From: Camelus ferus | Taxonomy: Eukaryota | Direction of reading: 5' to 3' | Assembly: GCF_009834535.1 (NCBI RefSeq) | Contig: NC_045697.1 | Span: 74,898,001 to 74,962,000, forward strand | Length of the DNA: 64,000 bases | Part shown: positions 24,690-38,445 of the stretch, in pieces | Numbering within the stretch: the stretch's first letter is position 1 | Layout of the letters: each line of letters starts with the position of its first letter | The notes under the pieces: model-generated | What the model was told of the DNA's origin: nothing | Seen by the model: the letters and a program-made list of their open reading frames with translations, nothing else | The model's database searches: none | Translations under genes and position numbers: made by a program

Positions 24690-27455
24690 AGTGATTCCTC
24701 AATAGAACAGACTAGAAAGTCCAGAAATAAACTCAAATATGTACAGGAATTAAATATATGCTAAAGGTGGTATTTGAATCCCTGGAGAAGAGATTGTTGA
24801 ATAAATGGTGTTGAGACAACTAGGTAGAAATTCAGAAAAAAAAGGTAAAGTTGAATCTAAAATTTACATCTTACCCCCAAAAAATTTCAGATGAATCAGA
24901 GCTTTAACATGAAACAAAAACGTAAAATGGAAGCTAATTCATGTCTCCACTCAAGAAGACGGCTAAAACACTTACATGAACTTAAATAAAAACACTAGGA
25001 AATTTTGGTTCTGGAATGATGGTGTGAAAAAGCAACATTTAATTGAAGTCCTCCAAGGATGACACATTAAAAATAATTTCACACCCTAGGGCAGCTTTAG
25101 ACCTGCCTTAACCAAGTCTTGAGAGGTTCCTGGTGAGTCATCAGTAAATGGACTGCCTGCCAGGACAAAACTTAACACTCTTTAAAGGTAGACAGCATAA
25201 TCCATATCCAGTACAGTATAGCACTACAGTGTCCAGCACTGAATCCTGGACATCGTTAATAACACATTGTAGGTGTTAGAGAATCTGCTACATTCCTCAG
25301 AGTCTGTCTGTCTGTCTGTCTGTCTTTCTTTCTTTTCTTTCTTTCCTTTTTTTTTACTTTATCAGAAATTTAGCCTAGATGGACTCAGACTTCATACTCT
25401 GACTCCCCTGCAATGGCCAACAGCTAAACTCTCTGCTTTTTAGCTGGTCTATTTGAGTTTGGCCAGTGTATGGACAATTTTGGAATTTCAAATATTTATA
25501 CACAGAATTTGAGGTTCTCAGTCCCAAGTTCTCTCCTTTCCGTATTTCTTTACTCATTTTACAGCTGTTTTCATCCACCTGAATTCTGTCTTCTAATTCT
25601 TTATACAAGTAAGCTGAGTTTTTGCTCGAATTTTAGCCACCTCATGTGGTGCTCAGTGAAGCACTTCAGGCTAAAAGTAAATTTAGCAACTCATGGAATG
25701 CATGGTCAACATATGAAAATCAATTTTGTTTGTGTAAACCAGTAACAACCAACTAGAAAATTAAATTTTAAAATGTTATTTTCGATAACATCCTAAAGCA
25801 TAAAATGTGGAATAACTTAAAAATATATATAAGATTTCTATAATGAGGACTATTATACATTGTTGAGAGAAATGAAAAGTATATAAATAAATGTAGAAGT
25901 ATATGCCATATTAATGGGTTGTTAAGATATCAGTTCTCCTCAAAATCATCTATAGATTTATTCCATACCAACAAAAACCCAAGCTAGATTTGTGTGTGTA
26001 TGTGAAAATAGATAAATTGATTCTAAAATTTATGTGTAAATGCAAACAATGTCCAAAACAACCTTGAAAAGGAAGAACAAAATTAGAGGACTGGCATTGA
26101 CTGATTTTAAGACTTAAAGCTACAGTAATCAAGATGTTATGGCAAAGGCTAATAGCTCAGTGGAACAGAATAGGGTCCAGGAATATTCTATGTATATATG
26201 GTTAATTGATTTTCAATAAAGGTATCAAAGCTGTTCAATTGGAAAGTGCTTTTGGTACTGAATCAACTGGATCTCCATCCAGGTAAAAACAATCAATGTT
26301 GAGAAGTATTTTGTAACATATACAAAAATTATTCTGTGATTATTATAGACCTAAGTGTAAAATTAAAACCATAAAGTTTCTGGTATGAAACAGGAAGATG
26401 TATTTGCAACTTCTGGATAGGCAAATGGTTCTTAATCAGAACATAAGAGAAAACCAATGATTAAATGAAATTCATTTATAAATTCATTTGTAAAACTCAA
26501 CAAAACTTGCCCTTACAAAAATGAATAGACAAGTTACAGACTAGAAAAAATATTTAAAATGCTTACATCGAAAAAATTATAATTGGATTATGTAAAGAAT
26601 TTATATTACACAATGATAGTTTATAAAGACCATCCAGTTAAAAAGTGGGCAGACTGAAATATTCAGTAATTCACTAAGGATGATACACAAAGTAAGGATA
26701 ATTTTTTAAAAAGTTCAACCTCATTTTTCATCAGGGAAATGAAAATTAAATCCTCAAAGAGATACCTCTTCACAACCACAGAATGCTAAAATTAAAAAAT
26801 ACCAAGAATAACAAATATTGGCAAGAACAAGAGCAAGCGGTACTCTCATACATTGCTGATTATAATCAACATGGCACAACTACTTCATGGAGCTATTTGG
26901 CAGTTGCTCATAAATATATTCAGCAATTCCTGTAATTCAGCAATTTGACTCTCAGGCACTTACCCAAGAGAAATGAAAACATGCATCTACAAAAAGATAG
27001 CTTTATCCTAATAGATGAAACCTAGACACACAAAAAATGTTTCTTAAGAGAATAACAGATTAACAAAGAGTAATATTTTCATGAAATTAAATATTACAGA
27101 ACAATAAAATGAAAGAACAAATGAAAATGAATAAATAGGCAGAAAATGTGAATAAATCTCAAAAATGTTATGCTGAGTAAAGGAATCCAGGCGCAGAAAG
27201 AGTACATACATTTATATGAAACTCAAAAATAGCTACACTCTGTAGTGATAGAAATCAAAGCTGTGGTCTCCCCTGGGACTGACAGGCAAAAAGTAGGAGG
27301 GAACAGTATGGGGTGAAGCAAAAACAAATTTTTAACCTTATTTGAGGTTAATTTTATTTAATCTTGCATAGGTTAATAAGCCTGTTTACTTCTCAAAACT
27401 CATGGAACTGTATTTAGGAGTGCACATTTCACTAGCTAAGTATCTCAGTTAATAA
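24690..27455 (+). mobile_element. Patchwork of old L1 (L1MC/ME-like) fragments, mostly sense, with an antisense 5'-region piece at about 25250-25680
   Basis: aatagaacagactagaaagtccagaaataaac, ctcaaaatcatctatagattta, aaagctacagtaatcaaga, atctcaaaaatgttatgctgagtaaaagga. Confidence 0.78.
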
Positions 27456-28454
27456 CAACCAAAAATAACAATGGCTGAAACATACCAACAATAGCTAAAA
27501 TTGAAAGCAATACACATACATTTAAACTATATTTAGAAAATTAACATTTCAGCTTATAAATAAAAAATTATCTCTTCACAAATGTGTGTTTTCTTATCTT
27601 CAAATAAAGCATATAGACAGGAAGTAAACTTTTTTTTCTAAGAGTCTACTTAACAGTTTATCTCTCAAGTTGGAAATATATGTATAAGACTTATTCATAT
27701 CTAACTTTAATTTGTCAACTAGTATTGATTAAAAAGAATCAAATTTACAATAAATTCAAAGCTGTTACACTGATAATTCTTTTAATATTTTAGAATTTTC
27801 AGTAAATTATAAAGTAGCCCAAAATGTAATTAAATAGGCATAGTTATCGTAAACACTATATTTCAATAACTTAAAGGGCTTTTTTCTTAAATGATGTGTG
27901 TGAAAAAATATTTCCTTCATTATAATTCTGGAGAATTTGTGTTTTATATTATTCTGTGATTTTAGAGAGTTTCCTCAATATGGACTAATTGTTGAATGAA
28001 GCATTTTTGGTTATCCGTGAGCAAATTTAGGAATAATGTAAATTATTTATTTTCTGCACATGAGCAGTTGAAAGACTACATGGTTTCCTTGGGATAGCTG
28101 GCAGATGGAACTGTGACTGCTGCCAGTGTTTATCTAGAATTGATATATATATTTTGATAAGGAAAGCATCACACACATTTTATATAGCCAGCCAGTTATT
28201 CTTTGCACAGCTTTTGCCAGCTCCACAGATGTGATTGAGTTGATGACAGTTTTCCCAGGCTAAGTTCCTGGGATGCAGGTGAAAGCCAATGAAAATCACA
28301 TCATGTTTCTGAGCTATGATATAGTTTATTAACAACCTAACCTGAGTGATATTAATGAATTTTTAAATCAGCTTACAAAAAGGAGCTTATGCGAGAACTA
28401 AACAGTTTACAAGTTTGGTAATTGATTGATACTTAATCATTTATTCTTTCAAGT

Positions 28455-29470
28455 CTCATTCAGTAAACATTCACATACGGATATGCACATAATAGGTTCA
28501 CTTAAGACATTTGTAGTATAGTGGGGAGACATTTGGGGGTGGGTAGCATTTACTGGCTGGCCGTTACATGCCAGGCACTGAGAATACACAGACATAGTAA
28601 TAGCAAATGATATATTTTTTGTTTTCAATGGGCTCACAATTTGAAAGGAGAGACACTAACCTGGCATATTACAGAGTACAGAGTGCTATGAAGGAAATAG
28701 CACAGGGTGCATATAGGCAGGGAAGTTAACCTAGATTTAGGGCATGGGTTTTATGGGGTTTCTGGGGACGTATAACATCTTACATGAGTTTTGAAAAAAT
28801 GAAAATTCTTAGGAGTTCGGGAGTTAGGAAAAAAGGTAGAGACATTTCAGGAAGAGCAAAAAAATCACTGTATAATTATGAATACCTGAAAGGAGATGAG
28901 AGCATAATCAGAAAGTGGTAAGGGGTTTCATTGTTTTTGGGTAGGGTACTTGGAAGGGATGTGAAGAGACTGAACACAGCTGCTAGGTTGGGATGTGAAG
29001 GGTGTTAACATGCTTTTCTAGAAAGCTTTGATTTTATCCCTCAAGAAGCATAGAGCCAGCTGATGTCTTCAAGCAGAAAAGGGATATAATCAAACATGTT
29101 TTTTTCAAATGCTAGTGTGGAAAACGAGCTTGAGTAGAAAAAAACTGACGTTAGGATATACAGTTGGTAATCCACAGTGATAGTCCAAGTAACAGATGAA
29201 GGTGTCCCGCATAAAGATAACAATGGGAGTAATGGAGAGGCGGGGGTCAATTCAAAATTACTAGTAGGTAGAATTGATAGAATGTCTCTAGTTTGGTATG
29301 GATGGTAAGGGAGTGAGAAAAATCAAAGATGGCTCCTGTCAATTTGGGGTGACTGGATGCATAATGATATCATTAAAAAAAAGATAAAGGTATATGAGAA
29401 GAGAAATAGATCTGACAGAGGAAATTTACTTTCTTAAGTTTGAGGTACCAGAATTAGATGTTCTGCAAAT
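28455..29470 (-). mobile_element. L2 LINE fragment
   Basis: atgccaggcactgag...gggctcacaatttgaaaggagagac...gagtgctatgaaggaaatagcacagggtgc...gtaatccacagtgatagtccaagtaacagatga. Confidence 0.75.
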
Positions 29471-29749
29471 GATTAATTATATATATATTTTAATTAACAA
29501 ACTGACACAGTTAGCATCTAATATTTGTCTCCTACCACTGCCAAACTAAAGACTTCTAAGCCAGTGTTTATTAGAAGGCTACAAGGAGCTCAAGAGAAGA
29601 TTGCAAATTCTCCTAGATAAGTGCAAAGTTATGGGAAAAACATGTAACTATGGGAACATTTAGAAATGTCACTCTTTTGCAGGCTTTCTCTATGAATTCC
29701 AAATCCTCATAGACCCTTTTGTTTGAACTTTCAATCTTTTCTGCTGCTT

Positions 29750-30270
29750 TTCTCTCATTCCTCTCCAAGTTTCCTTATCCTCCTTCAGTTTCTGGACCTC
29801 ATACTGGATATAATACTCTAACAAGTGCCTGACCAATGCCCAATGGGACAATTGCTTCAGGATTCTTGCATGTTTTGTTCTTGTTAGTGCATTCCTCTAT
29901 CGTGCTGGCTTTTAAAATAACAGCAATGTGCTGCTGACTCATGTTCAGTTAAACATTCGCAGTGGCACTTCTTAGCCTCTATGGCAAACCCTTTCTTCCT
30001 CATCCTGAATTCATATCATGTGTTTGTTTTGCACTTCTTAGCCTCTATGGCAAACCCTTTCTTCCTCATCCTGAATTCATATCATGTGTTTGTTTTCCTC
30101 TCTTGATTGCCTTCCTGCCCAGTATTTGCTTTTATTTCAATTTATAAGGATCATTCTGGATTTCAGTTATGTCTTCAAAGGAACCAGGTATCTTTTCACT
30201 TTTGTGTGTTAATCCAATTCCAAAAGTAGGTATTATTTCTCAGCTACTCCAAGTCACTGATGAACAGATG
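29750..30270 (-). mobile_element. L3/CR1 LINE fragment (RT C-terminal region)
   Basis: actggatataatactctaacaagtgcctgaccaatgc...cagcaatgtgctgctgactcatgttcagtt resembles antisense CR1 (actggacacagtactccaggtgtggtctgaccagtgc...cactgctgactcatattcagct). Confidence 0.6.
29965..30096. repeat. Perfect 66-bp tandem duplication
   Basis: gcacttcttagcctctatggcaaaccctttcttcctcatcctgaattcatatcatgtgtttgtttt occurs at 29965-30030 and 30031-30096. Confidence 0.97.
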
Positions 30271-31147
30271 GGTATGCAAGCCAGTGATGAGGGCAAGAGT
30301 CTTAAGGCTAATGACATCACTTTCTGGAGGCACCTTGGGGAGGTGACTTTACCTGTTGTTCTCTTGGCACATACCAAAGAGTGAGAACAAGGAATCAGAT
30401 ATTATCAAATACTGTAAAAGCAAAATAATGCTTGTCACATTAGAGTGTTCAAAAACCTTAGTTTCCCTGCCTTTTCACTCTCTGAATAAAGAAGCAAATG
30501 TTACTTAATCCTCACTATGAAGAAATAGGTGTTCTTATAAGTCAGAAGTTAAAATACCTTGAATAACTGAATTTATAGATTATAGAATAAAATTAATTTT
30601 GATTTACAAGTAAATTTATACCACTGGAAAAGAGACTGTGCTGCTTCTTCTATAGGTAAGCCAACAACCAGAAAAATTATGATTTGGCCCAAATCATAGA
30701 AATATTGTATGACATCACATTAGAGTGTATGTTCTTCTTTTAAAAAATAAGTGTATCTTAACTATTTTAAGCATGTCTAAATGGCCTTCAAAATCATAAC
30801 TCTAAATAGATATTCAACCTCTTCATCAGGTAGACATATAATCATTTCCATAATTGAACAGTATCCAATTTTTTGACATTTGGCTGATATCCAGTGTCCC
30901 ACAATTATAAAAAAATTATGCAGTAAGTGTTTTTAAAAGAGCTAGGGTTAATAATTCCAATGGATAAGTTATTACATTGAATAAAAGACATATTAAGTAA
31001 CTAATTTTAATACTTTAATAACTAACACATTTTCTAGTCATGCTTTTCTGTACGTGAGAATTAAAATACATACTGATATATCTCAGGTGAAAATTTGGTA
31101 ATTAAATATTAGCATTTCCACAAAATCTTCCACAAGTAGATAAAAAC

Positions 31148-31340
31148 ATCATTCGTTCAGAAAGTATTTCTTGAGGACCTGCTATGTCCTGGGCACTGTG
31201 CGGTGTTAAGGACACAAATTTGCAAAAGAAATAGTCATCATTTTTGAGGTGCATACAGTCTTGTGGGATGGTGCACATATGTTAACAGACACTGAAATAA
31301 AATACGATGAATGAATGTTATAAAGAAATGTGCATGGAAC
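31148..31340 (-). mobile_element. L2 3' end
   Basis: cattcgttcagaaagtatttcttgaggacctgctatgtcctgggcactgtgc. Confidence 0.75.
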
Positions 31341-31519
31341 ATCTTTGTGAACCCTTCTTTGTGCTTCCCTTATAAAAGCCCATTCAAGGTACAGCTTACA
31401 GCTGTCACTGCCCAGAGGACCCAGACAAATGCAGTGAATGGTACTTTTTAAGTTCTAAGCTTCTGGTTATTTTCCCTCCCTTCCTCCCACTTCCCCTTCC
31501 TCTCTTTTATCTTCAATTT

Positions 31520-31640
31520 TATTTATTAAAACTATGGTCAGTCACTGTGTATAGTTTTCAGAATATAAAAAGAAACGAGACAGGCATAGTTTCTGCCTTC
31601 ATGAGCCTATGATGGTGTGGGAAATAAAACCAGTAAATAT
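31520..31640 (-). mobile_element. L2 3' fragment
   Basis: tatttattaaaactatggtcagtcactgtg...gacaggcatagtttctgccttcatgagcctat. Confidence 0.5.
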
Positions 31641-34600
31641 TTATGATGTGAGATGAGAGGGAGGAGGCTGAACGAGGAAGCCCAAGGCCCCTGGTCTTGC
31701 TTTCTTAAGACCAGTTCTATTTTTATCTGCTTTGGGAATAAAATGTTGACAGTTTAAGGTTTCATTAAAAGGGACATACATACACACATTCCTCTTCTGC
31801 TTAAATATAGATTTGAGATCTAGCATATTGAAATGTGTAATTTATTTACAAAAACAGTGGTATGACAGTTAAAGTTGAATTTAAATATGATTAAAACCTA
31901 AATCTATTTTTCAGTGTTGGCAGAGATCCCAATCTGTTCAATTAAAGTGTTGAACAGATGTGCTAAACAGTACATTTTGAGTTTTATTTTTCTCTTATTT
32001 TCACATTCAGATTTCAGTCATTCAAAGAAAGCAAACCTTGTTACAATTGTTGCTGTATGGTTTCCACATGGCACCAGTGCATTGACAGTTACGCCTGGAC
32101 AGAGGTCTTAACAACTCAAATACAAATGCAGTCTTGGTATCTCTCTAAGATTTGTTTCAGTAACATCTCTGGTATGGTACAGACGTCAGTGCCAATTTCT
32201 TGGGTCCACCCCAAAGCCAGTTTTCAGATTTCTAAGCTTCTCTCCGTACCATGCTAGTTTCAGGGCCTGGAAACAAGAGAAGACAGAATCGGTTATTTTC
32301 ATTATGAAATCTCACATCAAAAATATTATGCAATTCACTTGCTGAAGTTTTCTTGTTTTAACTGCATATAAAGAGGACCCAAACATTTGAATCTAGATTT
32401 TAATTAACACCATGGATTTGATTTGGATCAAAGATTCTATGTAGCCATATTCTGATATTAAGATGATTTATACCATTTGCACTATTTCTAGGAAAAGTGC
32501 CCCCTCCTACACACACATCACTCTCAGGTAAATTAATAATACAGTTAATTATCTAACTTATTAATAGATTTTTTAAGAAAATCTTTCTTCTCTTCATTTT
32601 ATTTCATAATTTCTACACATCTTGTTCCTCTATTTAAAGCCAGTGATTTCTTTGTATGAAGGATGAAATTATTCAGCTTCCTTTGTAAAAGCCATCTGTT
32701 GACTTTCATCACTTTCTTTTGAAACATGATTAAAATAAAGCAAGGACACTCTGCTCTTGGTCCTGCCTCAGTTGCTGGGAGCAGCTTGCAAACTGGGAAT
32801 TATTCCTGCGGGCTACAATCAGGAAAGGGCTGACTGGGAAGGGCATCTTCTTGTGAATCATTGTTCCAAACTCATAAAACTCTCACTGATAGCTTTATTA
32901 GAGCTCCAAAATACTTTGCAATTGTTAGTTGATTAATCACATCTTCAGCCTCAGGACTCTGAGTAATTTAAAGTTTAGGTTTTTTCCTTTGTAGTTTGCG
33001 GTATTCACTATAGCACCATTTATTTTGAGCTCCTGATCTTGGCTTTTTTTGGATGTTTCTCTTGGATGTGTTTGTAGTTACCTTTCCTAATTTTGCTAGG
33101 ATGCCCAAGGGGCTTGGGACACGGCTGTCTATAAATTAATATAAAAATGAACTACATTTTTATTTTTGTCATCTGCCAGAATGCCATTTGAAATCTTCTC
33201 TTGGAATATGAATATCCCAAATACTCACCACAGTGGAATTCAGGTGCAAAGTAAACAGCAGCTCTGGTATCAGCATCCATCTAGCTGAGGGGAAGTGGAG
33301 AATTTTTATGCCTATTATTAATTGCAAACAGATTGTTCATTGTATGCTATTTGAAACAGAGGTGGAGTGAGTGATTTAAGAATCTGTATTTTAAGTAATC
33401 ATGTATTTGCACACCCACAGTTTGCCTTCTTCAAGGCTGTGAAACCACAGCCAATAGAGAAATGAAAACTTTGCAGTGCCAAAAAGCAATTCAGGTTGAA
33501 ATAGGTGATTTTCTATTGTCTAACTCACCAAGATCTTTCTTTTTCTGGTTCTCACTTACACAAACATTGTAAGAAAATGGCTTCTCAGTAAGTAATGTGC
33601 CTCCTTAAAGAAACAAAAATAACAAAAAAACCAGACACCTAACCTGACACTGCAAATGACATTTGTAGTGCTAATCAGTGGTGTAGAGGTGACCAGATGG
33701 CCTCTGGATCTCTCAGCACAGTCTGGCCACAGTGCCCCTGAAGCCCTTCCTGCCTGCAGTGTGAATTGGCTGTGGCAGCATTTCCACATCTGCTGTGTTC
33801 ACACACAGGACCCGTGTTCAACAGATAGCTCGTCCCATATCGGGGTCTGGATTTTAAATGTGTATTGTTAGCTAAAATTCCAGCTGGCAATGGGGGATGG
33901 ATTGCCAAATGCAGAATTTCATCTGAACTGGGACTCACATTATCTGAAGCACATTTATGTTGGTGCGAGGAAGGCTGGAGTCACAACAGATAAATTGAAA
34001 GATTGTTTCATGATGGATTACACAAGACACTGTTTTTCCAAAAAATGTTTTCTATCACACAAAGGCCAGAGATCACATAACTCCTGTTCAGGATCATCCA
34101 TCAAGCAGACTTACTCTCACCAAAAGGCTAAGTTGCCAAAAAATGGAGTGTCAGAAGGTCTTCAGCATTTGGGATTATATGTAATACATATCATAATCCA
34201 ATGACTCTGAAGATGGCTGAGTGCCTGTGCTTCAGGCTGAGATCTTGTTTTATTGAAATCAAGTGTAAGGCGTCCGAATAAATTGACCAAATTCAAAAAA
34301 CAGTTCTTTAATTACCATCTCAGACTAGAAACCTCTTTCAGGTGATTTTGGGATAAATGAAAGAAAGAAATGATCCAATCTCTAGGATACTTAGATTTAG
34401 TTGAATGAAGGTATTGACAATTATATGTATGGATGGCAGTTAAATATATTTACATAATAAGCTCAGCCAAGTGGTGGTTGTGGCAGTGGTGGAATCTTGG
34501 GGAGAAGGCAAACTTTTTACAGTGTCTTGCTATTTTTTGTGCATTCTCAGGTATTATAATGTTATTCCAAGCACTGAGATAAGCCAGGCAGCAATATTAC

Positions 34601-35519
34601 TGAGTCTACCACAAGCAGAACTAAGCAGTTGGTACAACAATTTTGAGAGAAAGAACAGTCACCTCAGTTAAAAGCTAACTTCTAATGAAAGCCTTGGAAT
34701 CAATATGTTTGATTTTGTTTTCAAAAAAAAAGTTTTTCCTTCATATTCTAGTCAATGCTTTGAAAGATCTGTCTCTAGAATAGTTGTGAAAATTTTTTCT
34801 TTGTATATATGTATGTTCAAACAGACCTTGTAGACAAAAATAACAAATATGGGTTTGCTTATTTCCTAAAATTACAGAAGACAGATTTTAAGAGAGGGCC
34901 ATTAACATGCTAAGGTGACATTCTATTTTATCAAATTGATTAAATTGAGAAGTAGGGAACACACATGTTGATTGCAAAGGAATTTTCATAGTCTGTCCAG
35001 ACCAAGATAAAAATTCTCTTGCTAAATTGTGTAAATAGCCTGGCCTAACCCACTTTCCTATTTTAAGGAGTAATGAAAATTTAAATTATTGACCTATCTA
35101 AATACCCCTTATATATATATATGAAACTTTGAACTATTTCCTTCTAAAAAGTTCAATTCTTTTTATTGAATGATTTTAATACCAGGAACCAGATTATCCC
35201 CAGGGCCTAACAAAAGCCCTGAGATTTTCTGTCTCCTCAGCAGGCAAAGCCTCATTTCTCATTCCCATCTTCTGATTCCTACTGACTGAGAAAGATCCTA
35301 TTTCAGGTTCTGGGACATTCTGCATGACTCAACCTGGGGGATTTAAGGCAAGATAAAGGGAGTCCAGTATTAATAAATCAATTCATTAGTGGCTTCAGGA
35401 TCTTAGAGAGCAATTTTTAGTACCTAGTTTTATAAATCATTAGGGTCTCACAAATTCCAGCTTTCCCTTTAATTCACTCTAACTTTTACCACATTTTCAT
35501 TTGGTGACTAAGTGACTTA

Positions 35520-35750
35520 GGAAACAGCTGTAGCTTAGTAGAAAGTTCACTGGACTGAAACAATGAAGACCTGGGTTCTAGCTCCAGTCCTCTCACTTAA
35601 AAACTGTTCTTGGGCAGTTGTCTGAACTTCTTCGAGACTCAATTTCATCATATAATATAAGAACATCACTAGCAACCTATATGGTTATTGTGAGGGTTAA
35701 TTGTGCAGAGTGTTTAAAGCGAAGTGCTAGGCAAATACTAGGTATTATTG
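35520..35750 (+). mobile_element. MIR SINE
   Basis: gtagcttagtagaaagttcactggactg...gaagacctgggttctagctccagtcctctcactta...ggttattgtgagggttaa. Confidence 0.78.
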
Positions 35751-37292
35751 GGTTCTGTCCAATGAATGGCAAATAAAACAATATAACAATTAAATCAGAA
35801 CAATAGAAAGATGTGGTTTCTTTAGCATCGATTATAAATATTTATATTGAAATCTAGTTCCTACTTGAGTTTCGCGATCTGTATTCTTGTCATCTCTTCA
35901 ATTAAATCGGCTGCCCAAATTGAGAAATGCTATCTACTCTCCTCAGATATACTAATCTCTGACCCATCCTCTTATAACTAAAGATGAAATGAAAAAACTT
36001 GTAAGAAAATTTAGCAAAGGCATTCAACTCGTGTTCCTCCACTCACGTGCTACACCGACCTTTAAGGGTGGAGCTGTGGAAATGGATCAGGTGGAGAGAA
36101 ATCTGCAAGCCTCTCTGGTGTGACTGAGCTGTCCGTGCTCAGCGGCTGGGAGCTGGAGTGCTTGGGGCCAGCTGAGACACTGGCACTCAGGTACTGCAGC
36201 TGGTTGGCCATAAAACCTGGGCTGGGCCTCCGATGCTCTAGACCACTTGGTGGTGTTTGGTGAAGTGTTATAGTGTAGAAGTAAATTCTTTACTTTAGAA
36301 ACAAAGGGATAGAATTAGTCTTGCCTCAGAGTTATGGAGGGCTGAACCAGACAGAAAAACAGAATGGGGGAATGAACATCTTGAGTGAAAGGAACAGCCC
36401 CCCCTTAGTAAGGGTCACCCTGCTCTGAAACTGCTGTACTCTTGCTGTGAAGTTGGTGAAAGCACATTATACACCCTCCTCTCTAGAGTCCACCCTGGCA
36501 ATGTAATACTCAGAATCTTTGGCTCTCAAGTACCTCTTAAAAAGAATAAGTTTTGGAACAATATCCTTGCACTTTCCTATTACGCACTTCCAAAATCCTG
36601 TCCTGTAGTTGACCCGTGAGCCTAACGCTCTGTCATCCCTTCCAGGAACATCCAGGTGATATGTCTGCCATCAGGTTACACCTGCTTAAGCCAACAAGTT
36701 TAATTGAATACACAAAACAAGTATAACAGAGGTTTTGGGGGTTTTTTTGAAAATAGCATTATTTTCTTGTAATCCTATACTCCACTAGATGTGATCCACA
36801 TAGAGAAAATGCAGGCATTTTGCTTCTGTCATTTCAATACAGAGCAATTCCATGAAAACCAGCTGCTGGCTGGGTTACAATTTATCAGCTTGTTAGTCAA
36901 TAACCTTAGCTTTCTTTACATATGTGAATGAATATGGCTTGTGGATTCCTCTGGGCACATTCTAGTTTGCCAAAAAATTAATCTGCAGGAAAAATGTACT
37001 AGCTCTCCTTTGGAACCATGTAGAAGCTATGAAATACTAAATGAGAATATTAAATCTGATATTTGAGGGTCATGGTTGTGCTGTGCTGAAGAAATTATTC
37101 AGAACTTCTAATTTTTTGGCATCAGGAACCTATGAAGATGAAAATCCTCCCCTAAATTCTTCCAAATCCTTTGTCTTCTGGCTGTTCGCTTACTGTTTTC
37201 AGGCCTGGACTCTTAACTGGAGAACAAGCCCTGAGAAACTCTTTAATTTATTTTTCTCCATCATATAGAGTAAGCTAATTTATGTAGTTTTG

Positions 37293-37361
37293 AAAAAATG
37301 CAAAATAGTTTACAGAAAATATGCAAAATAGTCTACAGTAAAATATGCAAAATAGTTTATA
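37293..37361. repeat. Short minisatellite, about 23-bp unit x3
   Basis: Unit aaaatatgcaaaatagtttacag at 37293-37315, 37316-37338 and 37340-37361. Confidence 0.9.
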
Positions 37362-37749
37362 CTGTTTTTAATGTTTCTTTCCTTTTTCCACTCCTCTCCA
37401 CCGGTTCTCATTAACTACCTCCATTGCTTTTCAGCAAGTTGAAGGAGGCTAGATTGACAACTGCTGTTTCTTCCTAATGCTTGATAATCTTTTGGGAGAA
37501 AAGTTGTGTACTCCGTACTGCTCTTCTTTATCATTTGCTATAGATCTTGAAATAGAAGACTATAAAAGGGCTATTGTACAAATCTATTCTGTAATGCCAC
37601 TTTCAATGGAGTATGAAAACTCCATTATAAATGTATGAAGGTTAAGTCACAGTTTAGCTAATACAGATTATATTTTGCAGAATCACTGGAATTTATCCCA
37701 TTCTTACCATTTCCATAGAGTAATTTCTAAGGTCCATTGTTAAGTCCCA

Positions 37750-37955
37750 TAGAAAGCAGGTCAGTGGTTGCCGCAGCTTGAAAGTAGGGGAAAGGCTGAC
37801 TTCAAAGTGGCATGAGAAAACTTTGGGAGATGATGGAAATATTGTATACTTTCCTGTGGTAGTGATTATACAACAGTAGACTAAATTCAGAGAACTGTAC
37901 TGTACAATGGTTGAAATGTATTGTTATGTAGATTATACCTCAATTAATTAGAATT
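37750..37955 (+). mobile_element. Old L1 3' UTR end (L1MC/ME-like)
   Basis: aaagcaggtcagtggttgcc...gcatgagaaaactttgggagatgatggaaatattgtatac...gattatacctcaat. Confidence 0.75.
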
Positions 37956-38184
37956 AAGAAAAATCCCAGAATGATACGTGAGAGAACAAGCTTATTAATA
38001 TAAGAAAGACAGAAAATAACACAAATTATCTTGAGCTATGCCACTGTCCATGCCTGTGGACATCTATACCCACATCTGCACCTGTGCCAACTTCTCTCTC
38101 TGTTGCCAAATTTGAATATAGCCAATATTGCTATCTCTGCCTCTACCTTTACCTGCACTCAATCTTTGTCATTTAATTTAGGGA

Positions 38185-38445
38185 CAGTATTGCATGGTAT
38201 TTAAACATGGAATCTGGAATAAAAATGTCTGAATTCAAATCTCAGCTGAGTCACTACCTCTGTAACATGGGCAATTCACTTATTTTCTCTGTGCCTCAGT
38301 TTTATTATCTGTAAAATGTAGACAATGATAGTTCCTATTGATTTATTATAAGGACTAAATAACTTATCACTTATAAAAGTCATTGGCACAAATCCTGGCA
38401 CATGGTAAATACTGTATGTATTTTGACTATTATTGTTATTGTCTA
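38185..38445 (+). mobile_element. MIR SINE, near full length
   Basis: ttctctgtgcctcagttttattatctgtaaaatgtagacaatgatag...cctggcacatggtaaatact...tattattgttatt. Confidence 0.85.

Noticed and set aside
29962..30147. ORF with a repeated 22-aa unit / CRISPR-like repeat
   Set aside because: Two abutting 66-bp copies with no spacer in mammalian DNA; a simple tandem duplication.
33890..34204. 104-aa ORF in unique sequence
   Set aside because: No recognisable domain or convincing splice sites; a length reachable by chance.
34552..34671. Possible terminal coding exon after tgcattctcag
   Set aside because: Peptide not recognised, and no supporting upstream exons.
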